The notes beneath the pieces are model-generated. The model worked only from the letters and a program-made list of their open reading frames with translations. It was not told the DNA's origin and made no database searches. The position numbers and the translations under genes are program-made. A DNA stretch of 32,000 nucleotides, taken from NCBI GenBank assembly GCA_944388045.1, contig CALXHG010000020.1, positions 1 to 32,000 of the forward strand. Reading direction: 5' to 3'. This DNA is from an uncultured Clostridia bacterium (GTDB lineage: Bacteria > Bacillota > Clostridia > TANB77 > CAG-508). Below, in pieces: positions 15,421 through 24,516 of the stretch. Numbering within the stretch: position 1 is the first letter of the stretch; every line of letters begins with the position of its first letter.

Positions 15421-15759
15421 ATGTTTTTTGATAACTGTTTTTTTAATTTTAATTTGGAACCTTGTAGATTATGAAAAAAATAAATTTCAAAATAAGTATA
15501 AATTGAATATAAAAAAATAATAAAATTAATAAAATAAGTAAAAAAAAATAAAATTAATAATTTAGAAATAAAATCACCACCTAGCTTGTAAAAAATAATA
15601 CAACATTTTTTTAAATTTGTCTATAGTTTTTTTAAAAAATTTACATAAGTTTTATAAAAAAATTTACTACTTGATTTTTTTTGACTTTTATTGTAGAATA
15701 GATTTATTGAAAATACATATAATAAATAAGAACAATTTATTTATAGAAAGGATTTTGTA

Positions 15760-15954
15760 ATGAAAATTAATAAAGATACAAAAATAGGTGAGATATTACA
15801 ATCTGCACCAGAAAAAGCTGATATATTAATTGAGATTGGTATGCATTGCTTAGGATGTCCAGCATCACAAATGGAAACACTAGAAGAAGCATGTGAAGTA
15901 CATGGAATTGATGTTGAAGAAGTACTAAAAAAATTAAATGATGAAGAAAATTAA
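15760..15954 (+). CDS. DUF1858-type small protein (hybrid-cluster-protein-associated redox disulfide domain)
   Basis: The 64-aa sequence TKIGEILQSAPEKADILIEIGMHCLGCPASQMETLEEACEVHGID matches the DUF1858 pattern as I recall it. Confidence 0.7.
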   Translation: MKINKDTKIGEILQSAPEKADILIEIGMHCLGCPASQMETLEEACEVHGIDVEEVLKKLNDEEN

Positions 15955-15982
15955 AAAAATTTAAAAATTTTTGAAAAATGTA

Positions 15983-16011
15983 TTGACAAATTGTTTATTA
16001 TGTAGTATTAT
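15983..16011 (+). promoter_or_regulatory. Sigma-A-type promoter for the tRNA cluster
   Basis: TTGACA (15983-15988), 17-nt spacer, TATTAT (16006-16011), about 30 nt before tRNA-Lys. Confidence 0.5.
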
Positions 16012-16040
16012 AATTAAGCATTGTTCAATACATTGCATAT

Positions 16041-16116
16041 GGGCTATTAGCTCAGGTGGTAGAGCACTTGACTTTTAATCAAGTTGTCCCGCGTTCGAGT
16101 CGCGGATAGCTCACCA
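16041..16116 (+). tRNA. tRNA-Lys (anticodon UUU)
   Basis: Cloverleaf folded by hand: acceptor gggctat/atagctc, anticodon stem cttga/tcaag with loop cTTTTaa, T-arm ccgcg-ttcgagt-cgcgg, encoded CCA. Confidence 0.9.
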
Positions 16117-16167
16117 AAGATTAATTAAGAATTCTAATGTGGAAATAATTAGAATTCTATAATTTAT

Positions 16168-16242
16168 GGCCCCGTGGTCAAGCGGTTAAGACACCGCCCT
16201 TTCACGGCGGAGTCATGGGTTCGATTCCCGTCGGGGTCACCA
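16168..16242 (+). tRNA. tRNA-Glu (anticodon UUC)
   Basis: Acceptor ggccccg/cggggtc, anticodon stem ccgcc/ggcgg with loop ctTTCac, T-loop ttcgatt, encoded CCA. Confidence 0.9.
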
Positions 16243-16244
16243 TT

Positions 16245-16321
16245 GCCACTTTAGCTCAGCTGGCCAGAGCACCGCACTTGTAATGCGGGGGTCCCCAGTT
16301 CGAATCTGGGAAGTGGCTCCA
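16245..16321 (+). tRNA. tRNA-Thr (anticodon UGU)
   Basis: Acceptor gccactt/aagtggc, anticodon stem ccgca/tgcgg with loop ctTGTaa, T-arm cccag-ttcgaat-ctggg, encoded CCA. It starts 2 nt after tRNA-Glu. Confidence 0.9.
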
Positions 16322-16402
16322 TAAAGGTCGATAGTTTTGCATTAAGCTTGATTATTGGCTTTTTTTTATTATAAAAAAATAAAATTAATAAAGGAAATAA
16401 TT

Positions 16403-17122
16403 ATGAATAAAATAGTATTAATAACTGGAGCTTCAAGAGGAATTGGGAGAGAGATTGCAAAAACATTAGATCAAAAAGGATACCAAATAATTGCAAATTA
16501 CAATAAATCACAAGAACAAGCTCAAAAATTGAAAGAAGAAAATAAAAATATAGATATATATAAAGCAGATGTATCTAAAAGAGAAGAAGTTCATAGAATG
16601 GTACAATATATTATTGAAAAATACCATAAAATTGATATACTTATTAATAATGCAGGAATTTCTGAAAGCAAATTATTTACTGATGTTACAGATCAAGATT
16701 GGTATCAAATGATTAATAATAATTTGTATTCAGCTTTTTGTACGACCCAGGAAGTTTTACCTTATATGATAAGAAAAAAGGAAGGATGTGTAATTAATAT
16801 TTCTTCAATTTGGGGAATAGTTGGAAGTTCTTGTGAAACAATTTATTCAATAACAAAAGCAGGACTTGATGCAATGACAAAATCATTAGCAAAAGAATTA
16901 GGACCATCAAATATTAGAGTAAATTCTATTGCACCAGGTATGATAGATACAGATATGAACAAAATTTATGGTAAAAATGAAATTGAAAATATAAAAGAGG
17001 GAATACCTTTAGAGAAAATTGGAAAAACCATTGATATTGCTAAATGTGTTAGCTGGCTTGTAGAAGATGAATATACAACAGGTCAAGTGATTTCAATTAA
17101 TGGTGGATGGGTTATAATATAG
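16403..17122 (+). CDS. Short-chain dehydrogenase/reductase, 3-oxoacyl-ACP reductase (FabG)-like
   Basis: Motifs TGASRGIG, NNAG and the catalytic S...YSITK, plus PGMIDTDM. I chose the start at MNKIVLITG (16403, AAGGAA RBS) rather than 16355. Confidence 0.8.
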   Translation: MNKIVLITGASRGIGREIAKTLDQKGYQIIANYNKSQEQAQKLKEENKNIDIYKADVSKREEVHRMVQYIIEKYHKIDILINNAGISESKLFTDVTDQDWYQMINNNLYSAFCTTQEVLPYMIRKKEGCVINISSIWGIVGSSCETIYSITKAGLDAMTKSLAKELGPSNIRVNSIAPGMIDTDMNKIYGKNEIENIKEGIPLEKIGKTIDIAKCVSWLVEDEYTTGQVISINGGWVII

Positions 17123-17171
17123 AGTAAATATTAATTAGATATAAAAAATTAAATATAAAAACTGCTACTTT

Positions 17172-17642
17172 TTATTTGTTTGTAGCAGTTTTCCTTTTAT
17201 AATTTCCTGAAATAATTTTTGGTAAATATGTAATAATTTTATATACGGCTAATCTTATTTTTTTGCTCCAAATATATGTTTTTCTAAGCTTTCTTGCTGA
17301 ACCAAGAGAAACAGGTTCATCATCTAATGTTATTAATTCTACAGGCTTTTTTTCTATTAAAAAAGAATAATTTGTACCATTATTATTATCCCATTCATTT
17401 TTTTCATTACAAAAACAAAAATTAAAAGTATCAAATTCTCCTAAATCAGCTTCAATTTGGAAACCTAATTCTGTTTTTACCATTTTTTCGTCATGCAAGT
17501 TTTCCCAATTGTTTCCAAAACCATAATGTATAGTAACTTCTTGAGAATTGTCTTGAAAAAATTTGCCTGTATATGATATTTTTACTCTACTATTTTCAAT
17601 TAGTTTGTCAGTATTAAAGAAAATGTTTTTTACTAATTCCAT
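17172..17642 (-). CDS. Carbohydrate-binding-module-like protein (CBM20/25-like) with a basic C-terminal tail
   Basis: HYGFGNNWEN...FCFCNEKNEWDNNNGTNYSF resembles starch/glycogen-binding module patterns. AAGGAG RBS. The product call is tentative. Confidence 0.4.
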   Translation of the reverse strand: MELVKNIFFNTDKLIENSRVKISYTGKFFQDNSQEVTIHYGFGNNWENLHDEKMVKTELGFQIEADLGEFDTFNFCFCNEKNEWDNNNGTNYSFLIEKKPVELITLDDEPVSLGSARKLRKTYIWSKKIRLAVYKIITYLPKIISGNYKRKTATNK

Positions 17643-17765
17643 TTTAAGAACTCCTTATCTTTTGATATACCCTATTATAATATTTAATTTTACAATATTC
17701 AAGTGTTTTTATAAAAATTTTATATTTTTTGCATAATAAATTAATAATTAATATCAAATAATAGA

Positions 17766-17794
17766 TTGTCAAAATATTGAAGATATGGTATATT
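17766..17794 (+). promoter_or_regulatory. Sigma-A-type promoter (extended -10) for the VanW-family gene
   Basis: TTGTCA, 17-nt spacer, then TGg TATATT. Confidence 0.5.
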
Positions 17795-17815
17795 AATATA
17801 GGAGGAAATTGTTTT

Positions 17816-19468
17816 ATGATAAATGTAGAGGAAAAAAAAGTTGAAGAACAAAAACAAATAGATTTAGAAATAGATGAAAAAACTGAGAATAATGAAAAAC
17901 AAGAAAATATAACAATAGATACACATAGCAAAAAAAATAAAATAGGACTTATAATAGGGATAATTATACTAGTATTAATATTTTTATTATTGATTTTATC
18001 TACTATTTTCGCTCTTATAAATTCTAAATCAAATAAGATTGTTAAAGGTATATATATAGAAAATGTAGATATGTCTGATATTACAGAAGAAGAAGCTAAA
18101 AATATTTTAACTGAACTTGCAGAAAAAACCAAAAAAAATGAAATATTGTTTAAATATAAAGAAATTGAAACACCTATTACATATGAAGCATTAGAAGTAA
18201 ATTTTGATATTGATTCTGCAATTAAAGATGCTTATTCCCTAGGAAGAAAAGGAAATATTTTTCAAAATAACTTTGATATTTTAAAAACATGGATAAATGG
18301 AAAAAGTATTAAATTAAATTTTAGTTTTGATGAAAATGTAATAAAACAAGTTTGTGAAAATATTAATAATACATCAGCTGATTCTATAGTTGAGCCAAGT
18401 TATTATGTTGAAAATGATAAAATAATTATAACTTCAGGAAAAAAAGGAATTAAAGTAAAAGAAGATGAATTAATGCAAACTGTTAAAGATAGTATAAAGT
18501 TAAATTCAGATAGTAGTATTTTAATAGATGTTCAAGTTTCTGAAGAGGAGCCATCTGCTATAGATTTAGAAAAAATACGTAGTGAAATTTATAAGGAAGT
18601 AAAGGACGCATATTATACTACAAATCCTTTTACAATTTATCCAGAAGTAAATGGTGTTGATTTTGACATAGAAAATGCAAAAACTATTATATCTGAACCA
18701 AAAGAACAATATGAAATACCATTAATTATTACAAAGGCAGAAAAAACTGTTCAAGAAATAGGGACAGAAGCTTTTCCAGATTTATTAGCAACATTTTCTA
18801 CAAAATATAATGCGGGAGATACAAATAGAACTACAAATCTAAAATTATCAGCAGGGAAGATTAATGGAACCGTATTATTACCAGGAGATGAATTTTCATA
18901 TAATAAAATTGTTGGGGAAAGAACAATTCAAGCAGGTTATAAAATGGCTGCAACTTTTTCTGGAGGAAAAGTTGTTGATGGACTGGGAGGAGGAATTTGT
19001 CAAATTTCTTCAACTTTATATGATGCTGTTGTAATGGCAAACTTAGATGTTACAGTAAGAAGAAATCATCAGTTTGTAACATCATATTTACCAGGAGGGA
19101 AAGATGCAACTGTTGTTTGGGGGTCTCAAGATTTTAAATTTGTAAATTCAAGAAAATACCCTGTTAGAATTACTGCTACAGTAAGTGGCGGAGTTGCAAC
19201 AGTACAAGTATGGGGAGTTAAAGAAGAAGTGGAATATGATATAACAATTGAAACCAAAAAAACTGCAACAATCCCATATACTACACAATATGTTAAAGAT
19301 TCCACATTACCAAAAGGAACACAAAAAGTTGTTCAAAATGGAAATAATGGAAGTAAATATGAAGCATATAAAGTTATGAGACTTAATGGGGAAGTTGTTT
19401 CTAGAACATTACTTTCAAAAGATACATATAATGCGAAAAATAAAATTGTAAAAATTGGAACAAAATAA
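17816..19468 (+). CDS. VanW-family protein with an N-terminal membrane anchor and a C-terminal G5 domain
   Basis: TM segment IGLIIGIIILVLIFLLLIL. VanW-like core NRTTNLKLSAGKINGTVLLPGDEFSYN...GGGICQISSTLY. G5-like tail YTTQYVKDSTLPKGTQKVVQNGNNG. I chose the start at 17816 (AGGAGG RBS). Confidence 0.8.
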   Translation: MINVEEKKVEEQKQIDLEIDEKTENNEKQENITIDTHSKKNKIGLIIGIIILVLIFLLLILSTIFALINSKSNKIVKGIYIENVDMSDITEEEAKNILTELAEKTKKNEILFKYKEIETPITYEALEVNFDIDSAIKDAYSLGRKGNIFQNNFDILKTWINGKSIKLNFSFDENVIKQVCENINNTSADSIVEPSYYVENDKIIITSGKKGIKVKEDELMQTVKDSIKLNSDSSILIDVQVSEEEPSAIDLEKIRSEIYKEVKDAYYTTNPFTIYPEVNGVDFDIENAKTIISEPKEQYEIPLIITKAEKTVQEIGTEAFPDLLATFSTKYNAGDTNRTTNLKLSAGKINGTVLLPGDEFSYNKIVGERTIQAGYKMAATFSGGKVVDGLGGGICQISSTLYDAVVMANLDVTVRRNHQFVTSYLPGGKDATVVWGSQDFKFVNSRKYPVRITATVSGGVATVQVWGVKEEVEYDITIETKKTATIPYTTQYVKDSTLPKGTQKVVQNGNNGSKYEAYKVMRLNGEVVSRTLLSKDTYNAKNKIVKIGTK

Positions 19469-19497
19469 TTGACAAGTGTCTAAAATCGTAATATAAT
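19469..19497 (+). promoter_or_regulatory. Consensus sigma-A promoter directly after the VanW-family stop codon
   Basis: TTGACA (19469-19474), 17-nt spacer, TATAAT (19492-19497). Confidence 0.55.
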
Positions 19498-19533
19498 AAG
19501 TTTGTTATAGAAATATAACAAACTTGTTTTTTT
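19498..19533 (+). terminator. Rho-independent terminator of the VanW-family gene
   Basis: 12-bp arms aagtttgttata and tataacaaactt, loop gaaa, then a T7 run. Confidence 0.65.
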
Positions 19534-19566
19534 ATATTTAAATTTAGTAAAATTATTTTTTTATAT

Positions 19567-19642
19567 GGGTGATTAGCTCAGTTGGTAGAGCAGCTGACTC
19601 TTAATCAGAAGGTCCGGGGTTCGAAGCCCCGATTGCCCACCA
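19567..19642 (+). tRNA. tRNA-Lys (anticodon CUU)
   Basis: Acceptor gggtgat/attgccc, anticodon loop ctCTTaa, T-arm cgggg-ttcgaag-ccccg, encoded CCA. Confidence 0.88.
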
Positions 19643-19708
19643 AATTAATGACTTTTTTTACTTTTCTAAGAGATAGTGTAGAATTCGGTAAAGCATAGGA
19701 TAAAAATG

Positions 19709-19751
19709 ATAGTACTTATATAAAGTTCTTATATAAGTACTATATTTTTTT
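19709..19751. terminator. Hairpin terminator between tRNA-Lys and the convergent CapA-like gene
   Basis: Arms atagtacttatataa and ttatataagtactat, followed by a T-run on the plus strand. Confidence 0.5.
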
Positions 19752-19822
19752 GCTTTTTTTTCATATAATAAACAGTATAAATTTTGTGCATTGCTAATCT
19801 CTTTTTATAAGTAAATATTATA

Positions 19823-21049
19823 TTAATTTATAAAATCCCCCAAAGTATTTTTTATCTTTGTAAGTTCTGATTTTAAAGTAGAGTATACACTAGAAGTTAT
19901 AAAATGGTCACCTGAATCATATCTGTTTATTGCTTTTTCTATATCCATAACTAAATATTTTTGCTTATTTTTTGAAGTATTCTTATACATATAAATAGGT
20001 ATATAAGAAATTTTTCCAATTGTTGTTTTTTCTGTTTCACCATTTTTGTTAAGTTCAATATTTAAAATTATAGAATTTCTTGTTCTTTCTTTTGTTTGCC
20101 CAGACATAAAATTTCCTAAAGAATATATTACAAAACAATCTTTAGTTGTGCCATCTTCTAAAGTAATAGTTTTCTTTTCCATAGGTTGTAATACATGAGG
20201 ATGACTACCTAAAATAATATCAACTCCATTTGTAAATAATAAGTTAGCAAGTCTTTCTTGCTCAGTATTTTGCTTGTTTTGATATTCAATCCCCCAATGC
20301 ATACTTACACATATTAAATCTGGATTTTGTTGTTTTGCTAAACTCAATTGTTCTAAAATAAAATTATCACTTATTAAATTAACAGAAAATTCTTTATCTG
20401 ATTTAATAGGAATTCCATTTGTTCCGTAAGTAAATGCTAAAAATGCAATTTTTATTCCATTAACATCTTTTATTAAAATAGTGTTTTGTTCTTCTAAACT
20501 TCTTGCAGTTCCTGTATGGGATATACCTGCTTCATCTAAATAATTTAGTGTACTAACAATTCCATCATAATTTGTATCCATACTATGATTATTTGCAGTA
20601 GAAAGAACATCTATTCCAAAATCTTTAAGATTTTTAGCTAGTTGTTCTGGTGTGTTAAATCTAGGATAATTACTGTAACCTTTTTTCGCACCAGCAAATG
20701 TAGTTTCTAGATTTCCTATTGCAATATCTGCAGAATTTATATAATCTTTGATATCTTCAAATACATAAGAAAAATCATAAGTTTCGCCATTAAATGCATC
20801 GATATATTGTGAATTATGGCACATAATATCTCCAATAACACTCATTGTTATATTTGTATCTTCTTTTTTTGGCATTTCTACAATAATATTTTCTTCATTT
20901 GTTTTTGAAGTTACATTTTCCTCTATATTTGTTGATTGATTTTGTGTTTCTTGAATATTTTGTTTTGGGATAATAATGAATTCATAAGTAAAAAGACACA
21001 TAATTGCCAATAAAATTATTGTAATAAAACATATAATATTTTTTTTCAT
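19823..21049 (-). CDS. CapA/PGA_cap-family metallophosphatase-like protein (poly-gamma-glutamate capsule synthesis family), membrane anchored
   Basis: Motifs VIGDIMCH, GNLET, TANNHSMD, MHWGIEY and GSHPHVLQP. I chose the start at MKKNIICF (21049, AGGTGA RBS). Confidence 0.75.
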   Translation of the reverse strand: MKKNIICFITIILLAIMCLFTYEFIIIPKQNIQETQNQSTNIEENVTSKTNEENIIVEMPKKEDTNITMSVIGDIMCHNSQYIDAFNGETYDFSYVFEDIKDYINSADIAIGNLETTFAGAKKGYSNYPRFNTPEQLAKNLKDFGIDVLSTANNHSMDTNYDGIVSTLNYLDEAGISHTGTARSLEEQNTILIKDVNGIKIAFLAFTYGTNGIPIKSDKEFSVNLISDNFILEQLSLAKQQNPDLICVSMHWGIEYQNKQNTEQERLANLLFTNGVDIILGSHPHVLQPMEKKTITLEDGTTKDCFVIYSLGNFMSGQTKERTRNSIILNIELNKNGETEKTTIGKISYIPIYMYKNTSKNKQKYLVMDIEKAINRYDSGDHFITSSVYSTLKSELTKIKNTLGDFIN

Positions 21050-21206
21050 AACATCACCTTGTATATTATATATACAACCCTTTCTTTTATAAAAAGAATG
21101 TATCATAATTTGACAAAAAAATCAATAAAAAACTAAAATCATATAAAACAAAATTTACTACGGAACTGTACGAAAAAAATAAGATTTTTTATTTTGTTAA
21201 AAATAC

Positions 21207-21235
21207 TTGTTAAACATGTTAAAATATGGTATAGT
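21207..21235 (+). promoter_or_regulatory. Sigma-A-type promoter (extended -10) for the ABC-F gene
   Basis: TTGTTA, 17-nt spacer, then TGg TATAGT. Confidence 0.5.
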
Positions 21236-21272
21236 AGATTAGCAGAAAAAAGAGATAAAAGGAGGAGTTATA

Positions 21273-22853
21273 ATGTTAACTGCTACAGGAGTAACTGTTA
21301 GATTTGGTAAAAGGGTATTGTTTGAAGATGTTAATATAAAATTTGGAAAAGGAAATTGTTATGGAATTATTGGTGCAAATGGAGCTGGTAAGTCAACTTT
21401 TCTAAAAGTTTTATCAGGAGAATTAGAACCAAGTAAAGGCGAAGTATCCCTAGAAAAAGGAGAAAGAATTTCTGTATTAAAACAAGATCACTTTGCATAT
21501 GAAAATTATAGTGTAATAGATACTGTTATAATGGGAAATAAAGAATTGTATGATATAATGAAAGAAAAAGAAGCAATCTATATGAAACCAGATTTTTCTG
21601 AAGAAGATGGAATGAAGGCTGCAAAATTAGAAGAAAGATTTGCTGAATTAGATGGATGGAATGCAGAGTCTGATGCAGCAATACTTTTAAATGATTTAGG
21701 AATTATACCAGAAAAACACTATAAAATGATGAGTGAATTGGAAGCTAGGGAAAAAGTAAAAGTATTATTAGCACAAAGTTTATTTGGAAATCCAGATGTT
21801 CTTTTATTAGATGAACCTACTAATGACTTAGATTTAAAAAGTATAAATTGGTTACAAGAATTTTTAATTAATTTTGAAAATACAGTTATTGTAGTTTCTC
21901 ATGATAGATATTTTTTAAATAAAGTTTGTACACATATAGCTGATGTAGATTTTGGAAAAATAAAGGTATATCCAGGAAACTATGATTTTTGGTATGAATC
22001 TAGCCAATTAGCATTAAAACAAATGAAAGAACAAAACAAAAAGAAAGAAGAGAAAATTAAAGAATTACAAGAGTTTATTGCAAGATTTAGTGCAAATGCT
22101 TCAAAATCTAAACAAGCAACATCAAGAAAGAAAACACTAGAAAAAATAGAGTTAGATGAAATAAAACCATCAAATAGAAAGTATCCATATGTAGACTTTA
22201 AACCAGACAGAGAACCAGGAAAAGAAATATTACAAGTAAAAAATATTTCTAAAACAATAAATGGAGAAAAGATATTAAATAATATTTCTTTTACTGTAAA
22301 AACAGGAAATAAAATTGCATTTTTGGCTGATAATGAAAATGCAAAAACAGTATTGTTTCAAATCCTTGCAGGAGAAATGGAACCAGATGAAGGTGAACTA
22401 ATATGGGGTTCTACAATTACAAAAAGCTATTTCCCTAAAGATAATAACTATTTATTTGATGTAGATGAAAATTTAACAGAATGGCTTAGAAAATATTCTA
22501 AAGATCCAGATGAAACATATGTAAGAGGATTTTTAGGTAGAATGTTATTCTCAGGAGATGAATCCTTAAAAAAAGCAAGAGTTATTTCTGGTGGAGAAAA
22601 AGTAAGATGTGTTTTAGCAAAAATGATGTTATCTGGTGCAAATTTTTTGATTTTTGATGAACCAACTAATCATTTAGATATGGAAAGCATAACTGCTGTA
22701 AATGATGGAATGCGTAAATTTAAGGGAAATATTTTATTTACATCTCATGACCATCAATTAACACAAACTGTTGCAAATAGAATTATAGATATTAAAGCAG
22801 ATAAAGTAATTGATAAAGAAGTTACATACAATGAATATCTTGGTATTGAATAA
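21273..22853 (+). CDS. ABC-F family ATPase (two ABC cassettes, no TM domain)
   Basis: The first Walker A is GANGAGKST; the second cassette is degenerate at that position. Two signature/Walker B pairs are present (LLLDEPTNDLD; SGGEKVR...IFDEPTNHLD), with a charged inter-domain linker. Confidence 0.85.
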   Translation: MLTATGVTVRFGKRVLFEDVNIKFGKGNCYGIIGANGAGKSTFLKVLSGELEPSKGEVSLEKGERISVLKQDHFAYENYSVIDTVIMGNKELYDIMKEKEAIYMKPDFSEEDGMKAAKLEERFAELDGWNAESDAAILLNDLGIIPEKHYKMMSELEAREKVKVLLAQSLFGNPDVLLLDEPTNDLDLKSINWLQEFLINFENTVIVVSHDRYFLNKVCTHIADVDFGKIKVYPGNYDFWYESSQLALKQMKEQNKKKEEKIKELQEFIARFSANASKSKQATSRKKTLEKIELDEIKPSNRKYPYVDFKPDREPGKEILQVKNISKTINGEKILNNISFTVKTGNKIAFLADNENAKTVLFQILAGEMEPDEGELIWGSTITKSYFPKDNNYLFDVDENLTEWLRKYSKDPDETYVRGFLGRMLFSGDESLKKARVISGGEKVRCVLAKMMLSGANFLIFDEPTNHLDMESITAVNDGMRKFKGNILFTSHDHQLTQTVANRIIDIKADKVIDKEVTYNEYLGIE

Positions 22854-22937
22854 AAAATAATGGCAATATTATAGAAAAAGGAAAAGAACTTTAATAATTA
22901 AATATATGAACACAAATTTATTTTGTAAAATTTGTAT

Positions 22938-22999
22938 TAGAACAATAACATATTTATAAATACATAAAATATTAAAAAATATGTTATTGTTCTATTTTT
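22938..22999. terminator. Long hairpin between the convergent ABC-F and UPF0016 genes
   Basis: 17-bp arms tagaacaataacatatt (22938-22954) and aatatgttattgttcta (22978-22994), then a T-run. Confidence 0.5.
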
Positions 23000-23016
23000 G
23001 TAGAAAAAACTTATAA

Positions 23017-23643
23017 TTAATAATTAAAAAATATATTAATAAGTCCTAAAAATCCAAATATTATAAAAATTGAATTTGACAAAATATCTATATATTTATC
23101 AGAAACTTTGTGACTAAGCCATTTTCCAAAAAATATAGCAATAGAATTACTAAGAAGCATTCCACATATAGAACCACAAATTAATGAGATTTTAAACATT
23201 GGATATTGTATACTTAAACCAATAGAAGCAAGCCATGTTTTGTCTCCAATTTCTCCTATTGCAATTGAAAGTGCTACAATAAATATACAATTTTTTAATA
23301 AAGAAGATATGTAATTTAATAATTTTAATTTATAATCTGTTTTTGTAAAATCATTAGAAGTTTTTATTAATTTTATGAATCCTAGAATCCCCAAAATTAA
23401 AAAAGTTAAATATGTTAAAATTTTTAGATAATATATAAAATTAGCATCTCCATAATTGCATATTTTACTTCCTAATATGATTGCAATTCCATGACTAAGT
23501 AAAGTACCTATTGCAATACCGATTAAAATATGAGAAGTTTTATTTTTTGTAGAAAAAGATAATACAAGAACTTGTGTTTTATCTCCAAGTTCTGATAAAG
23601 CTATAAATAAAAAAGATATAATAAAAGGAAATAAGTATTCCAT
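23017..23643 (-). CDS. UPF0016 (GDT1/TMEM165) family cation transporter
   Basis: The E-x-GDKT motif occurs twice (SELGDKTQ and GEIGDKTW) in a six-TM-like protein. Confidence 0.8.
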   Translation of the reverse strand: MEYLFPFIISFLFIALSELGDKTQVLVLSFSTKNKTSHILIGIAIGTLLSHGIAIILGSKICNYGDANFIYYLKILTYLTFLILGILGFIKLIKTSNDFTKTDYKLKLLNYISSLLKNCIFIVALSIAIGEIGDKTWLASIGLSIQYPMFKISLICGSICGMLLSNSIAIFFGKWLSHKVSDKYIDILSNSIFIIFGFLGLINIFFNY

Positions 23644-23902
23644 AAATATTTTTATTCCTTGTAGAATATATTTAGGTTTTTATAAAGGATTTACCTATAA
23701 ACCTATTGGATTAATAGATATATGTAAAACTATTAAAAATAAATAATGATTAATTAAAACTATGAATAAAAAATAAAAATATTCATACTAAACATTGATT
23801 TTATAGAAAAAATAATATATTATATATTTATAAATATTTAAATTTAGAATAATATCAAAATGATTTTTAAATTTTTTAATATTAGAAAAGAGGGATTAAA
23901 CA

Positions 23903-24424
23903 TTGAAAAAACTTAAGATAAATTCTAGAGGAATTACTATGATATCATTAGTAATAACAATTATATTATTAATCATATTATCAAGTGTAATTACTTATAC
24001 AGGATTAAGTTCTATAAGAAATAATAAATTTGAAAGATTAAAATTTGAGTTGGAAATGGTTCAAGCGAATGTTAATTTATGGTATCAACAGTATAAAGAT
24101 GTACCATATGAAGAATTAACTATAGGGAGTCCAATACCTAATTCTATGTTAAGTGATTTACAAGGACCATCAGGACTATTGAATACTGTAAAAAATATTG
24201 CAGATGGTTTGAATGTAGACATAAATAATGATGTGTCATCATATAGGTATTTTAGTAAAAGTGATTTTGAAAATTTACAGATTGATGGAATTGAAAATAC
24301 TTATATTATAGATATCAAGAAGCAAATTGCAATATTAGTTGAGGCTTATGAATATAATGGTACAAATTATTATATAATAGATCAAGTTAAAGATGTTATT
24401 AGAGGAGGAAGTTTAGTAAATTAA
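23903..24424 (+). CDS. Pilin/pseudopilin-like protein with a prepilin-type N-terminal hydrophobic segment
   Basis: SRG-ITMISLVITIILLIILSSV resembles the Firmicute KGITLIALVITIIVLLIL class of prepilin-like leaders. TTG start with an AGAGGGA RBS. Confidence 0.5.
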   Translation: MKKLKINSRGITMISLVITIILLIILSSVITYTGLSSIRNNKFERLKFELEMVQANVNLWYQQYKDVPYEELTIGSPIPNSMLSDLQGPSGLLNTVKNIADGLNVDINNDVSSYRYFSKSDFENLQIDGIENTYIIDIKKQIAILVEAYEYNGTNYYIIDQVKDVIRGGSLVN

Positions 24425-24487
24425 AAGTATAAATTTGTCTAATATTGTAGTTCCCTAAGAATCAATGTGAAAGTTATGTGAAAAATA

Positions 24488-24516
24488 TTTACAAAAAAAA
24501 ATCAAAATGGTAATAT
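24488..24516 (+). promoter_or_regulatory. Sigma-A-type promoter for the ABC transporter operon
   Basis: TTTACA (24488-24493), 17-nt spacer ending in TGg, then TAATAT (24511-24516). Confidence 0.45.

Noticed and set aside
15463-15580. A strong RBS-like AGGTGGTGA on the minus strand, followed by a roughly 40-codon very hydrophobic frame (ISKLLILFFLLILLILLFFYIQFILILKFIFFIIYKVPN) upstream of the T4CP gene
   Set aside because: No ATG, GTG or TTG lies at a sensible distance; only ATT is available. A T-rich strand gives hydrophobic open frames by chance. It could be a tiny T4SS membrane component, but the sequence alone does not support that.
17644-18132. 162-aa minus-strand ORF between the CBM-like gene and the VanW-family gene
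   Set aside because: It overlaps the promoter, RBS and first roughly 100 codons of the VanW-family gene on the opposite strand. It has a low-complexity S/I/F-rich translation and no RBS.
23644-23902. Possible yybP-ykoY (Mn2+) riboswitch in the leader of the UPF0016/GDT1 transporter gene
   Set aside because: Such transporters are often riboswitch-controlled. On the minus strand, however, the leader shows no GGGGAGUAG-like conserved core, only a short A/T hairpin (taggttt...aaaccta). A covariance-model search would be needed for a definitive answer.
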